Assembly: GCA_964510775.1 (NCBI GenBank)
Contig: CAZEBZ010000004.1
Location: forward strand, 1-60,615
Direction: 5' to 3'
Length of the DNA: 60,615 bases
From: an uncultured Thermodesulfobacteriota bacterium
GTDB taxonomy: Bacteria; Desulfobacterota; GWC2-55-46; JADFVP01
Under the pieces are notes generated by a model. It did not search any database. It was not told the DNA's origin and saw nothing but the letters and a program-made list of their open reading frames with translations. Made by a program: the position numbers and the translations under genes. Position 1 is the stretch's first letter, and the number at the start of each line of letters is the position of its first letter. Positions 27,211 to 38,831 of the stretch are shown piece after piece.

Positions 27211-30200
27211 TTACGGAAGAGGAGCCGGCGGTGCTGGTCTATCACTTAGCCGCGATGAGCCTGGTAGGGGCATCTCTACTGTTCCTAAGAGATCAGTTGG
27301 TATGCTGATAACTTCGGCAGGAGATGTCCTGTACTCCAGCGCGCCCATATCGGCTGCGCAGTCAGTACCTCTGAACAAGAAGTCCAGATCATAAGGCGGA
27401 GCGTTTACAAACTTCGCCGTACCGATTGCAGGTGAAGTGCTCTGTAGATGCCAGTTCTGCGCCGCTGCGTTTACGAAGAGCGGGTCAGCATCTATATTGT
27501 GCTGTCTGCCTGGCTGATTCGGGTCATTCACAACACCATTGATTATGTTGAACTCCTTAATCATCATGGTGTCGGAGTTGTAGTCCGTATGCCAGGCTTG
27601 GTTAAGAGCAGGGTTGTCTACGTGGATGTTGTCTAAACTCCACTGGTAGTTCTGGCCCTGGCGGTAGTCAAGGTCCTCACCGGCGGCGATGGTGTAGAAG
27701 AGACGCCAGTTGTTCCAGATGATGTTGTTGTATATCTTTACATCACTGAAGTAGGGCCATTGTGGTGCCGGACTGTTTATGTCGTACTCGTGTCCGTGAC
27801 GCTCAGAGTCAATGGCTCCGCCTACGGGGTCAAAGGTACCTGCTACGATGTTGCCGGTGATGGTGTTATTGTACACACTGGCGTGGAGCGTATCATCGAA
27901 GGAGAGGGCACCGCCTCGGGCGGAGTTCTCGCTCTTATCATCGGCGATGTTCTCGGCAAAGAGGTTGTTGTAGATATTGACGATAGAGATATTATCGCCT
28001 ACATCCTCGAAGCTTACGGCGCCGCCGTCGTCTGTTGCGAAGTTACGCATGAAGACGTTGTCGTAGAGGTCAACAGGGCCGGAGTCCTCGAAGAATATAC
28101 CGCCTCCGTGGTCGTCGCTCCTGTTCTCCAGTACCATGTTGCCGTAGATCTTCAGATGATCCTTTACCTCGTAGAAGACCATACCACCGCCGTAATCAGG
28201 CGAGTAGTTGCGGTAGATGAGATTGTTGAAGATCTCATACGTTCCTGGAGGTGTTGTGTTGAGTGCATCATCTTCATAGTGGTCGTATGCGCCATATGTG
28301 TCAGGCGTACCGTACTCCGGCTCATCATTGACGCTGATGCCGCCGCTGTAACCACCGAAGTTACCGTTCTCGGAGATGAGGTTACTCCATATACGCACAT
28401 CGTGGTTTGACTTGTGCAGCCAGATGGCGCCGCCGTACTCAGCACCGTTGCGGCTTATGATATTGTTGTTGATGTCTATGTTTCTGTTTCCATAGTCGGC
28501 AAATATTCCGCCGCCTACGCCATTAGCCCCTGTGGAACCTCCGGTGATGGTGAAGCCGCTTATCATGATGTTGTTTACGGCTCCGCTCATTCCGCCCTGA
28601 CCGATGAAGAAGACTGCGCCTCCTGAACCGGTGAAGGATCCTGATGAGGTAATACCTATGGGGTTCATGTTTTCTACAACGATACCGTCCATCATTGACT
28701 CGAAGGGACCTGAGCCTATGATCTGTATATCAGAGCTTGTGATATGGACGTTCTCGTTGTATGAGCCCGGCGCTACCATTACGTAAGCAGGTCTTACGGT
28801 AGGCAGGTTGTTCAAGGCCTCGGTGATTGTAGCGTAAGGCGCGGTCTTGCTTCCATCTCCGCTTCCAACTGATGCGCTGGCGTCAACATATACGCTATGT
28901 GCGGCAAGGTCAGCCGTCCATTGAGCCGTAGCTCCAATCGTAGCAAGGTCTATGAAGGTGCTGTTTGAAGGACCGTTTGTGGTGGCTACTATCATCGGTC
29001 CCGGTATGGCGTTAACTGGGATGTTCACAGTGATGGAGGTATCGCTCCATGATACTACCTTGAGCTTCTGACCGCTCAGTGACACTGTGGAGTTACCCTG
29101 TGCCGCACCGAAGTTTATGCCTGTTAGGACATAAGGGTTGTTGTTGGCAGTTGCCATCTCTTTCTTGACTGTTGCGTTATTGCTAATGCCAGTCAAACAT
29201 TGACGGGCTAACTTCGTCATACCGTGTTTCTTCAGGTATTTTTTCATGCCCGGATGTTTCTTTGCGTACCTTCTGATCTTTTTATTGTTCTTCCAGTTCA
29301 TGTTGCCACCTGTAAGCTGTACATTCAGGGAGTCACTTGCCGTATAAACGGCGTTCCTGAAAGAGCCGTAAGGTCCGTAGTTCATTGCCTGAGGAGCGCC
29401 GCCTACGATTACAGGCGGGTTCACCGGCAGGGCTGGAGCCTCACCAACTCCAAGTACGGCAGGTACTGGTGTTAGCGGAAGAAGGGACCAGTCGGCCTCG
29501 AACTTGAACTTACCCTGGCCAAACTCGTAGTTAAGGGCAAGTGGTGCAAAATCGGCCCTGTAGCCCGGAAGTGTTAAGTCGTTAGCCATGTAGATATGTA
29601 CTCCAGGCGCGGAACGCCTCTCTACCTCAGGATTCTGAGGGAAGTCCTCGCCTGCAGGGCATGGGCCTACGGCAACTCCAGGCAGTGCTACTGGGTCCCA
29701 GAGTGATGCAGGAGGCTGTGCAGCATAGCAACGGGGGTGACCCATCTCGCCTGCTCCGAGCTTGTATCCAAGATAGTCGTAGATACCTACGGGCAGATGA
29801 GGGATACCCTGTTTCTCCAGCCAGAGTATGCTCTGGTGGAAGAGGTCGATATTTACGTCGTCAAAGACACCGCCCTCAATCTCGCCCGCGAGGGCAACCT
29901 GGGTACTGGCGCCAAAGTTAACATCATTTCTCAGTCCACCTGTTACTGTTATGGTACGACTATCGCTTGTAGCGGGTGAGGCTGAGAAGCCGGCAGGAAG
30001 CACTGCTTCTACAATGTAACTGCCTGGCGCGACATCTCTGAACTCATACTGGCCAAATCTCGGGCCCTTGTATATACCGCCCCACTCATCAACCTCAAGG
30101 TCTCCCTTCAGGTATATCATCAGGCCGGAGTTTGGACCGATGCCAAGTGGGCAGAACTCGTCGGAAGGGATAAACGCTTTTGGAGTGTAAGCGGCTATAT

Positions 30201-32319
30201 GCCCCTGTCTTCCGGCGCGAGCTTCTTCATATACGCCTGTTGTCGTTGTGGCGACAATAGCGTGTGTAAAGGCATCACGGAGGTTTACAGTTACTCCCGT
30301 AAGGAGCTTGTCCTCACCTTCGTCAAGGTATCCGTTACCCTTCATTACTCCGTCTGTTGGGTCAAAGGTCAGGTGGTCGTTATATACTGAGCCTATGATC
30401 TCACCAACACCAGCTGGTATACGCTCAATGTGAAGGTTGGTTCTGTAGTTGCCTGTGAACCAGCCTATGTCCCTGTTGCTAAGGTCATAGTTCTCACATA
30501 TATCCGGCAGAGGTGCTAATGGCGTAGATGCCGGGTCAGGGAAGCACTCATTTGTCATGGTGCCTCTGTAGGTAATTGGCAGTGATGTGAGATCCACACT
30601 TAAATGCGCCATAACCTCAACCTCGGGAAGCTCGTCGAAGTTAAAGAAGCCGTCGCGTGGTGTCTCGCCCTCGGCGGTGCTGCTGCCTACAGCGGCGATG
30701 GAATGTTTCCAGACACTGCCGTCTGTAAGGCGTATATCTACCTTTACTCCGTTCATGTTAACTGGAGGAGATAAATCAAGACCTGGCATAGCTGCGGGAG
30801 CAGGAACAGGTGCGCCTGCAGGTGTGTCGTCTATGATATAACCATTGGCCCTCGCAAAGAAGCGGGGGATGATTAAGTCTACATTAGGTAGATCTATATT
30901 CGGTTGAACAGTTAACTGTGTCTCTTCCCAGACGTAATCGTTACGAGTATCTACGGAGAATATCTTGTAATTTCCCGGAGGTACGTTCTGGAAGCTGTAA
31001 GTGCCGTCTGTACCTGCAAGGGCGGTAGCTAAAATGGTATCGTTAGGAAGACCATTCTGATCCCAGAGTACGACAAAACCGTTTGGCATGGTATTGTTGG
31101 CCCAAACACAGTCTTCAACTGGATTTGTAGGTGCAGGTGTTACTGCACTAAAGACACCGTGGTCTGTATAGTTGTAGTAAGATCCCCTCTGACCATCACC
31201 GGGGTGGAATCCCGTGTCGTAAGAGACACAGAGCTCGCCCTGAACGTCGTAGTTGCATATCTGGGGGACCTCAAGGGGGTCAAGAACCTCAAGGGGATCC
31301 GTACCGTCAGCATCCCAGAGTGTGCCAGATACTGTTGACGTGGGAGGAATAATACCACCTGGTCCGGCCGCAGGCGCGGGCATCTGACCTATGTTCGGTA
31401 TCATGGCAAACCAGGCAAGGTAAGCGCCAAGTATTGTGCCGGGGTCGTTGGGGCGAAGTACTGCTCCCCAGCACTGCGTGCCCTCTTCTGTTGCTGCCCA
31501 GAACCAGCCGTTTCCTGAGTCGGCCCTTGTGGGGGAGATATGGCAATCCATGAGGGGGTCGCCGTTTACATCAAAATCAGGTGAGACGTTAGCGGGCAGG
31601 CCCATTATCTTATGCTCGCCGGGCTTTAGACCTTTAAAGTAATAAAGGCCGTTTATGTCAGGTCCGGCCCCAACAGGCATCTCTGCCATTGTCTGCGTAC
31701 CTGTTGTGCCCTGTGTCTCGTATTTGCCGTTTTCATCAAAGATATAAAAGGTGAAACCGCTTAAAGCGGGGTCATCGGGGTAGTCATCTTCGCCGTTTAC
31801 GTATTTATCAACAAATGCGTAAAGGAGCATGTTGCCCCGTGGGCTCTCGCCTGTAAGGTGGTCTACGGGCGGAAGCGCCGCGTCTTGTATCATAGGTGCC
31901 GTAGCTCCCGGCAGAACGGTAAATTCACGGCTTGTGAGGCCGTGATTAGCTGCGGTGAACATAACGACATACTCGTTCTTGCCTGTGGCAGGAACGGGTA
32001 CAAAGGCCTCATAGGTGCTGCCCGTAACTGCGGCATAGCACTCAAATGGGCCGCCGTGGTGCATGTTCTGTACCATGACCTTGGCGCCTGTAATTGCTCC
32101 GGCCCCGGGGGGTGGTTTGGGAAGGCTGGTAATGGGATCCATTGCTCCGGTAAAGATTGATCCCGAAATGCTCACTGTAGCTACACCAGTAGGTATCTCG
32201 GCAGCCGTGGGGTAGCAGACCGCCTTTGCGCTACCTGCGGCGAGAAAAACTACCATGGCAGTAATAAAGGCCATAAGCACAGGTAGTTTTTTACCTTGAT
32301 AAATGATATTGGGTTTCAT
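27211..32319 (-). CDS. Giant (1702 aa) secreted protein: Cna-B/CarboxypepD_reg-like modules, IPT/TIG domain, C-terminal right-handed parallel beta-helix
   Basis: Sec signal peptide (...AAGSAKA/V). GxYxFxxVxPGxYxI modules (GTYSFQNVPPGNYKIF, GQYEFRDVAPGSYIVE). IPT/TIG block (LTGINFGAAQGNSTVSLSGQKLKVVSWSDTSITVNIP). Many PbH1-like turns (NNIISRNGAEYGGAIWL, ENRSDDHGGGIFF, NFATDDGGAVSF) ending in DPLFVNAAAQNWHLQSTSPAIG. AAGGAG RBS. Confidence 0.85.
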   Translation of the reverse strand: MKPNIIYQGKKLPVLMAFITAMVVFLAAGSAKAVCYPTAAEIPTGVATVSISGSIFTGAMDPITSLPKPPPGAGAITGAKVMVQNMHHGGPFECYAAVTGSTYEAFVPVPATGKNEYVVMFTAANHGLTSREFTVLPGATAPMIQDAALPPVDHLTGESPRGNMLLYAFVDKYVNGEDDYPDDPALSGFTFYIFDENGKYETQGTTGTQTMAEMPVGAGPDINGLYYFKGLKPGEHKIMGLPANVSPDFDVNGDPLMDCHISPTRADSGNGWFWAATEEGTQCWGAVLRPNDPGTILGAYLAWFAMIPNIGQMPAPAAGPGGIIPPTSTVSGTLWDADGTDPLEVLDPLEVPQICNYDVQGELCVSYDTGFHPGDGQRGSYYNYTDHGVFSAVTPAPTNPVEDCVWANNTMPNGFVVLWDQNGLPNDTILATALAGTDGTYSFQNVPPGNYKIFSVDTRNDYVWEETQLTVQPNIDLPNVDLIIPRFFARANGYIIDDTPAGAPVPAPAAMPGLDLSPPVNMNGVKVDIRLTDGSVWKHSIAAVGSSTAEGETPRDGFFNFDELPEVEVMAHLSVDLTSLPITYRGTMTNECFPDPASTPLAPLPDICENYDLSNRDIGWFTGNYRTNLHIERIPAGVGEIIGSVYNDHLTFDPTDGVMKGNGYLDEGEDKLLTGVTVNLRDAFTHAIVATTTTGVYEEARAGRQGHIAAYTPKAFIPSDEFCPLGIGPNSGLMIYLKGDLEVDEWGGIYKGPRFGQYEFRDVAPGSYIVEAVLPAGFSASPATSDSRTITVTGGLRNDVNFGASTQVALAGEIEGGVFDDVNIDLFHQSILWLEKQGIPHLPVGIYDYLGYKLGAGEMGHPRCYAAQPPASLWDPVALPGVAVGPCPAGEDFPQNPEVERRSAPGVHIYMANDLTLPGYRADFAPLALNYEFGQGKFKFEADWSLLPLTPVPAVLGVGEAPALPVNPPVIVGGAPQAMNYGPYGSFRNAVYTASDSLNVQLTGGNMNWKNNKKIRRYAKKHPGMKKYLKKHGMTKLARQCLTGISNNATVKKEMATANNNPYVLTGINFGAAQGNSTVSLSGQKLKVVSWSDTSITVNIPVNAIPGPMIVATTNGPSNSTFIDLATIGATAQWTADLAAHSVYVDASASVGSGDGSKTAPYATITEALNNLPTVRPAYVMVAPGSYNENVHITSSDIQIIGSGPFESMMDGIVVENMNPIGITSSGSFTGSGGAVFFIGQGGMSGAVNNIMISGFTITGGSTGANGVGGGIFADYGNRNIDINNNIISRNGAEYGGAIWLHKSNHDVRIWSNLISENGNFGGYSGGISVNDEPEYGTPDTYGAYDHYEDDALNTTPPGTYEIFNNLIYRNYSPDYGGGMVFYEVKDHLKIYGNMVLENRSDDHGGGIFFEDSGPVDLYDNVFMRNFATDDGGAVSFEDVGDNISIVNIYNNLFAENIADDKSENSARGGALSFDDTLHASVYNNTITGNIVAGTFDPVGGAIDSERHGHEYDINSPAPQWPYFSDVKIYNNIIWNNWRLFYTIAAGEDLDYRQGQNYQWSLDNIHVDNPALNQAWHTDYNSDTMMIKEFNIINGVVNDPNQPGRQHNIDADPLFVNAAAQNWHLQSTSPAIGTAKFVNAPPYDLDFLFRGTDCAADMGALEYRTSPAEVISIPTDLLGTVEMPLPGSSRLSDRPAPPAPLP

Positions 32320-32567
32320 CTATCTCTCCTTATTAGTTTTGGTTTAGAGTGTGAGAGTGAGAGTTGCTTAGTATGCTATTTATATTAAATAACAAAGAAC
32401 GGAAAAAGAGAGTTGTGCTTCCGTCGTTGTCATCTTGAAAAGGCGACACGTCCGTTATTTAGTTGCTCGCCTTAAAGTCAGACGATTTTAACGGATACTT
32501 CAAATGTAGGGTCGGAATTTGTCGCAGCCTCACCCGTGCCTCAAAGACTACTAACAATTCTGATAAG

Positions 32568-32596
32568 AAGATAGCAAACGATATAGCATCTGTCAA
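32568..32596 (-). promoter_or_regulatory. Sigma70-like promoter candidate for the giant secreted-protein gene
   Basis: On the minus strand: TTGACA (32596-32591), 17-nt spacer, TATCTT (32573-32568). It would give a ~240-nt leader. Sequence match only. Confidence 0.35.
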
Positions 32597-32957
32597 GAAA
32601 AAAACGACAATTATTGTCATTTTCTTGTCTCTAAGAGCATGGGGCTACCGGCAATAAATGTCAACACATTGAATTTAAAGGGTTTTATCGGTGACAATAT
32701 TTTGATTCTGAGTATGCGTCATATTGACAGTCTATGTCGAGGTGGCTATAGCAAGCTCCTACAAAAAAATGGTACCAGCCGGTCCGAACCATAATTTTTT
32801 ATTAACTGACTGGCAATGCCTGACTGCACCGTCAATGCAAGAACCCTCTGCCTGCTTTCCTTGCTCACTCTTTTCTCTCTTCGCTGTTTTTTGGAAAGAC
32901 TTGAGAGTGGGGATGCCGTGATAATTCTCGATGAGTAAGTCTTATGGGGCATAAGGC

Positions 32958-32986
32958 TTGTGAATGACTGAGAATTTTGTTATATT
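32958..32986 (+). promoter_or_regulatory. Sigma70-like promoter candidate for the gamma-CA/ppx/guaB gene string
   Basis: TTGTGA (32958-32963), 17-nt spacer, TATATT (32981-32986), ~20 nt before the first possible start codon. Sequence match only. Confidence 0.35.
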
Positions 32987-33003
32987 CAGACAATTAAAGA
33001 GAC

Positions 33004-33537
33004 TTGCGGGGTTTAAGCTTGATACTAAAGTATAAAAATATCCGTCCCTCCATTCATGAGAGCGCCTTTATAGAGGATAGCGCCCGAATTATCGGAGATG
33101 TCCATATAGGGGAGTACTCCAGCGTATGGTTTAATTCCGTAGTTCGAGGCGATGTACATTACATAAGGATAGGCAATAGGACGAATGTGCAGGACAACTG
33201 CACCCTTCATGTTACAAAGGGCGTCTACCCCCTTGTCCTCGGCGATGATATTACAGTAGGCCATAATGTAGTGCTTCACGGATGTGTTATTAATAGCCGC
33301 TGCCTTATCGGTATGGGCGCCATACTTCTTGATGACGTGGAGGTCGGTTCGGACTGCATCATCGGCGCGGGCTCCGTGGTAACAGAGGGAACAAAGGCCC
33401 CTGCGGGAACCTTGCTCTTTGGAACACCCGCGAGAGTGAGGCGTGACCTTCGCCCTGACGAGTTAGAACGAATAAAGCAATCTGCTAATAATTATATAAG
33501 TTATGCCGAGGATTATAAGAGCGGCATAGGCAAGTAA
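33004..33537 (+). CDS. Gamma-class carbonic anhydrase-like / left-handed beta-helix (hexapeptide repeat) protein
   Basis: PSIHESAFIEDSARIIGDVHIGEYSSVWFNSVVRGDV...IGNRTNVQDNCTLH is typical of the YrdA/PaaY family. The start is uncertain (TTG at 33004 or 33019). Confidence 0.75.
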   Translation: MRGLSLILKYKNIRPSIHESAFIEDSARIIGDVHIGEYSSVWFNSVVRGDVHYIRIGNRTNVQDNCTLHVTKGVYPLVLGDDITVGHNVVLHGCVINSRCLIGMGAILLDDVEVGSDCIIGAGSVVTEGTKAPAGTLLFGTPARVRRDLRPDELERIKQSANNYISYAEDYKSGIGK

Positions 33538-33543
33538 AAAAAT

Positions 33544-35967
<2,424 letters not shown>

Positions 35968-35968
<1 letters not shown>

Positions 35969-36037
35969 TCTATTTTCTCTTTTTAAGAGAAAATAGACAA
36001 AGGCACACTTACTTTCTTTTAGAAAAAAGAAAGTAAG
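35968..36037. repeat. Two consecutive perfect A/T-rich hairpins immediately after the guaB stop
   Basis: Hairpin 1: GTCTATTTTCTC / GAGAAAATAGAC (35968-35998). Hairpin 2: CTTACTTTCTT / AAGAAAGTAAG (36008-36037). Neither is followed by a U-run. Confidence 0.6.
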
Positions 36038-36132
36038 ACAAAGAAAACCAAAGTGGGGATTATTTTAAGTTCACTTAATATCCATCTTGCTCCCCTGTTG
36101 CTTTAGAAAAAAAAGTATGACAAAGAAAACCA
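36017..36132 (+). repeat. Direct repeat (~31-34 nt, two copies) in the guaB-guaA spacer
   Basis: TTTAGAAAAAAGAAAGTAAGACAAAGAAAACCA (36018-36050) versus TTTAGAAAAAAAAGTATGACAAAGAAAACCA (36102-36132). Copy 1 overlaps the 3' arm of hairpin 2. Confidence 0.6.
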
Positions 36133-36220
36133 GCGGCCCGTACAGAGCATCAAATAACTTGTAGGGTGGGCTCTGCCCACCATTAAAGAGACCAAAAAAA
36201 AATACCCTTAAAAGGTGATT

Positions 36221-37768
36221 ATGGACATTCATTCCGGCAGGATTCTAATACTCGACTTTGGCTCACAGTACACACAGCTTATCGCGAGGCGCATTCGCGA
36301 GGCCAGGGTCTACTGCGAGATACACCCATACTCTACGAAAATATCTACTATAAAGGCCTTCAAGCCAGCTGGTATTATACTCTCAGGCGGCCCTGCAAGT
36401 GTTTACGGCAAAAAGGCCCCCCTTATAAGTAAAGAGATATTTGAGCTTGGTCTGCCCGTACTTGGCATCTGTTACGGCCTGCAGCTTACGGCGCGCCTCC
36501 TTGGCGGAGTTGTAGAAAAAAGCGGTAAGCATGAGTACGGCGGAGCCGACCTTATCATCAGTGATAAAAAAGACCTTTTTAAGGGTATTCGGAAGAAAAA
36601 ACTCCGTGTATGGATGAGTCACGGAGATAAGATAAAGAAACTTCCCGCTGGGTTCAGGGCTATAGCGCGCAGCGATAACTCCGCCTACTCTGCCATTGGC
36701 CATGAGAAAAAAGGCATCTACGGCGTGCAGTTTCACCCTGAGGTAGTTCACAGCGAGGAAGGCGCAAAGGTTATCAGCAATTTTCTCTTTAATATATGCT
36801 CCGTTAAACCCGCCTGGACGATGAGTTCCTTTATCGACTCCAGTATAGAGGAGATACGGGCCAGGGTAGGTAAAGACCGTGTTGTCTGCGGCATAAGCGG
36901 CGGTGTTGACTCCTCTGTGACGGCCCTTCTTGTACATAAGGCCATAGGTCGTCAGCTTACGTGTATCTTCGTTGACAACGGTCTGCTTCGTAAGGGAGAG
37001 GGCGTTGCAGTGGCAAAGGCCCTTAGAAAAAACTTTAAGATGAATCTGCGCTGCGTAGACGCCTCGGAGATTTTTTTAAAGCGTCTTCGTAATGTCGCCG
37101 ACCCCGAGCGTAAGCGTAAGATAATCGGCAACGAGTTTATACGTCTATTTCAGCGTGAGGCCCGCTCCATTAAGGACGCCGCTTATCTTGCTCAGGGCAC
37201 GCTTTACCCCGATGTAATTGAGAGCGTCTCTACAAAAGGGCCTTCCGCTACGATAAAGAGCCACCATAACGTAGGCGGGCTCTTGAAGAATATGCGCTTT
37301 AAACTTATAGAACCCCTCCGTGAGTTATTTAAGGACGAGGTGCGCGAACTTGGCCGTGAACTTGGTATGGCCACAGAGATGGTAGAGCGTCACCCCTTTC
37401 CGGGCCCGGGACTTGCAATAAGAATTATCGGCGGCGTTACAGGTGAGAGGTGCGCTATACTTCGAGAGGCCGATGCCATAGTGCTTGAGGAAATAAAGGC
37501 CGCAGGGCTTTACAACAAGGTCTGGCAGTCCTTTGCAGTACTGCTGCCTGTTAAGAGCGTTGGTGTTATGGGTGATGAGAGGACTTATGAGAACACAGTG
37601 GCCGTTCGCGCCGTTCAGAGCGTAGACGGTATGACGGCAGACTGGGCGCGCCTGCCTTACGAGGTACTTGAGTCTATGTCCACGAGGATTATAAACGAGG
37701 TGAGGGGAGTAAACAGGGTGGTCTACGATATCAGCTCAAAACCGCCGAGCACAATAGAATGGGAGTAG
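36221..37768 (+). CDS. guaA: GMP synthase (glutamine-hydrolysing)
   Basis: GATase block GICYGLQ, PP-loop SGGVDSS, C-terminal dimerisation domain ending STIEWE. ATG at 36221; the track began at the GTG at 36215. Confidence 0.95.
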   Translation: MDIHSGRILILDFGSQYTQLIARRIREARVYCEIHPYSTKISTIKAFKPAGIILSGGPASVYGKKAPLISKEIFELGLPVLGICYGLQLTARLLGGVVEKSGKHEYGGADLIISDKKDLFKGIRKKKLRVWMSHGDKIKKLPAGFRAIARSDNSAYSAIGHEKKGIYGVQFHPEVVHSEEGAKVISNFLFNICSVKPAWTMSSFIDSSIEEIRARVGKDRVVCGISGGVDSSVTALLVHKAIGRQLTCIFVDNGLLRKGEGVAVAKALRKNFKMNLRCVDASEIFLKRLRNVADPERKRKIIGNEFIRLFQREARSIKDAAYLAQGTLYPDVIESVSTKGPSATIKSHHNVGGLLKNMRFKLIEPLRELFKDEVRELGRELGMATEMVERHPFPGPGLAIRIIGGVTGERCAILREADAIVLEEIKAAGLYNKVWQSFAVLLPVKSVGVMGDERTYENTVAVRAVQSVDGMTADWARLPYEVLESMSTRIINEVRGVNRVVYDISSKPPSTIEWE

Positions 37769-37771
37769 AGA

Positions 37772-38476
37772 ATGGTGGAAGACCTTAAGGGCAAGGAGAC
37801 GTGGCGCATTTTCAGGATATTAAGCGAGTTTATCGAGGGATTTGACGAACTCTCCGATATAGGCCCCGCGGTATCCATATTCGGCTCGGCAAGGACAACG
37901 CCGGAAGATAAATTTTACAAAAAAACAGAGTCCATAGCCGGACTACTCTCAAAAGAAGGGTATACTATTATCACCGGCGGCGGCCCCGGTATTATGGAGG
38001 CGGCAAACAAGGGAGCCTATGAGAACGGAGGCCTCTCTGTAGGGCTTAATATCAACCTGCCAATGGAGCAGACCCCTAATCAGTATCAGACTCATTCTCT
38101 TAACTTCAGGTACTTTTTCGCGAGAAAGGTCATGTTTGTAAAGTACGCTATGGCATATCTCTGTATGCCCGGCGGATTCGGCACCCTCGATGAGTTTTTC
38201 GAGGCACTTACCCTTATTCAGACGCATAAGATATTCCCTCTGCCTATAATACTTTTTTGCAGTGAGTACTGGAATCCCCTTATTGATTTTATGCATAGTA
38301 CCATGTTTAAATATAATACGATCTCTGCCAAAGACCTTGAAATAATAAAGGTCACAGATGATGCCGATGAGGTTATTGATACGATTAACAAGCACAAGGC
38401 GATAAAAGAGGAGTGCGTCAAAGCGGCGGCAAAGAAAATAAAAGAAGGCCAGGTCAGGCCTCTTAAGGAGTGTTGA
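37772..38476 (+). CDS. LOG-family (TIGR00730) Rossmann-fold nucleotide-binding protein
   Basis: GGGPGIMEA and PGGFGTLDE motifs. 234 aa. Confidence 0.85.
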   Translation: MVEDLKGKETWRIFRILSEFIEGFDELSDIGPAVSIFGSARTTPEDKFYKKTESIAGLLSKEGYTIITGGGPGIMEAANKGAYENGGLSVGLNINLPMEQTPNQYQTHSLNFRYFFARKVMFVKYAMAYLCMPGGFGTLDEFFEALTLIQTHKIFPLPIILFCSEYWNPLIDFMHSTMFKYNTISAKDLEIIKVTDDADEVIDTINKHKAIKEECVKAAAKKIKEGQVRPLKEC

Positions 38477-38478
38477 TA

Positions 38479-38676
38479 ATGAGCGCACAAGGTAGTCATC
38501 ATTGCTGTGACGAAGAACTAAAAAAGATCTCCCTTATGCTCGAGGTAGATCAGATAGAGGCGCTAAGAGAACTCGCCGAGGAGTATAAAGATAAACTTGG
38601 TCAGCGCTGGAGTATCAGCGCCATGGTAAGAACTGCCGTAGGCGGGTTTCTCAGCAATATGGGTAAGTTTTCCTAA
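38479..38676 (+). CDS. Small ribbon-helix-helix (CopG/Arc-like) protein
   Basis: 65 aa with AAGGAG 8 nt upstream of ATG 38479. Predicted beta-strand KKISLMLEV followed by two helices (IEALRELAEEY; SISAMVRTAVGGFL). Assigned on pattern only. Confidence 0.45.
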   Translation: MSAQGSHHCCDEELKKISLMLEVDQIEALRELAEEYKDKLGQRWSISAMVRTAVGGFLSNMGKFS

Positions 38677-38831
38677 TGCCTCGGCGCCGCGCGAGGTATC
38701 GGCGTTGATGTATATTACACTATAAGCTTAGAACTTAAAAAAACGCTCTCTTCACTAAGAGCTTTCGTTGTTTTTTAGTCTCATCTCGCGACAGTTCTCA
38801 TCTTGATTCTCCCCATCTTTTTTAACAATTT

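Noticed and set aside
27760-28410. 216-aa + strand ORF, plus several other 60-100-aa ORFs on both strands, inside the giant gene.
   Set aside because: They are antisense or off-frame shadows of a well-supported 1702-aa beta-helix CDS. Their translations are low-complexity (V/D/G/A-rich) with no motifs, RBS or signal sequences.
32515-32545. GTCGCAGCCTCACCCG on the + strand, loosely reminiscent of the GACGCAAAGCC.CCGG core of the GEMM-I c-di-GMP riboswitch. This would have fitted the c-di-GMP theme.
   Set aside because: It is on the wrong strand for the giant gene and ~470 nt from the + strand gene. I could not find the GCAAA/tetraloop-receptor elements or the pairing partners. It needs an Infernal scan before any claim.
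32463-32952. Three 64-68-aa ORFs in the long intergenic region: 32463-32657 (+), 32724-32921 (+) and 32746-32952 (-).
   Set aside because: None has a convincing RBS. They mutually overlap, and their translations have no motifs or hydrophobic segments. Treated as non-coding pending evidence.
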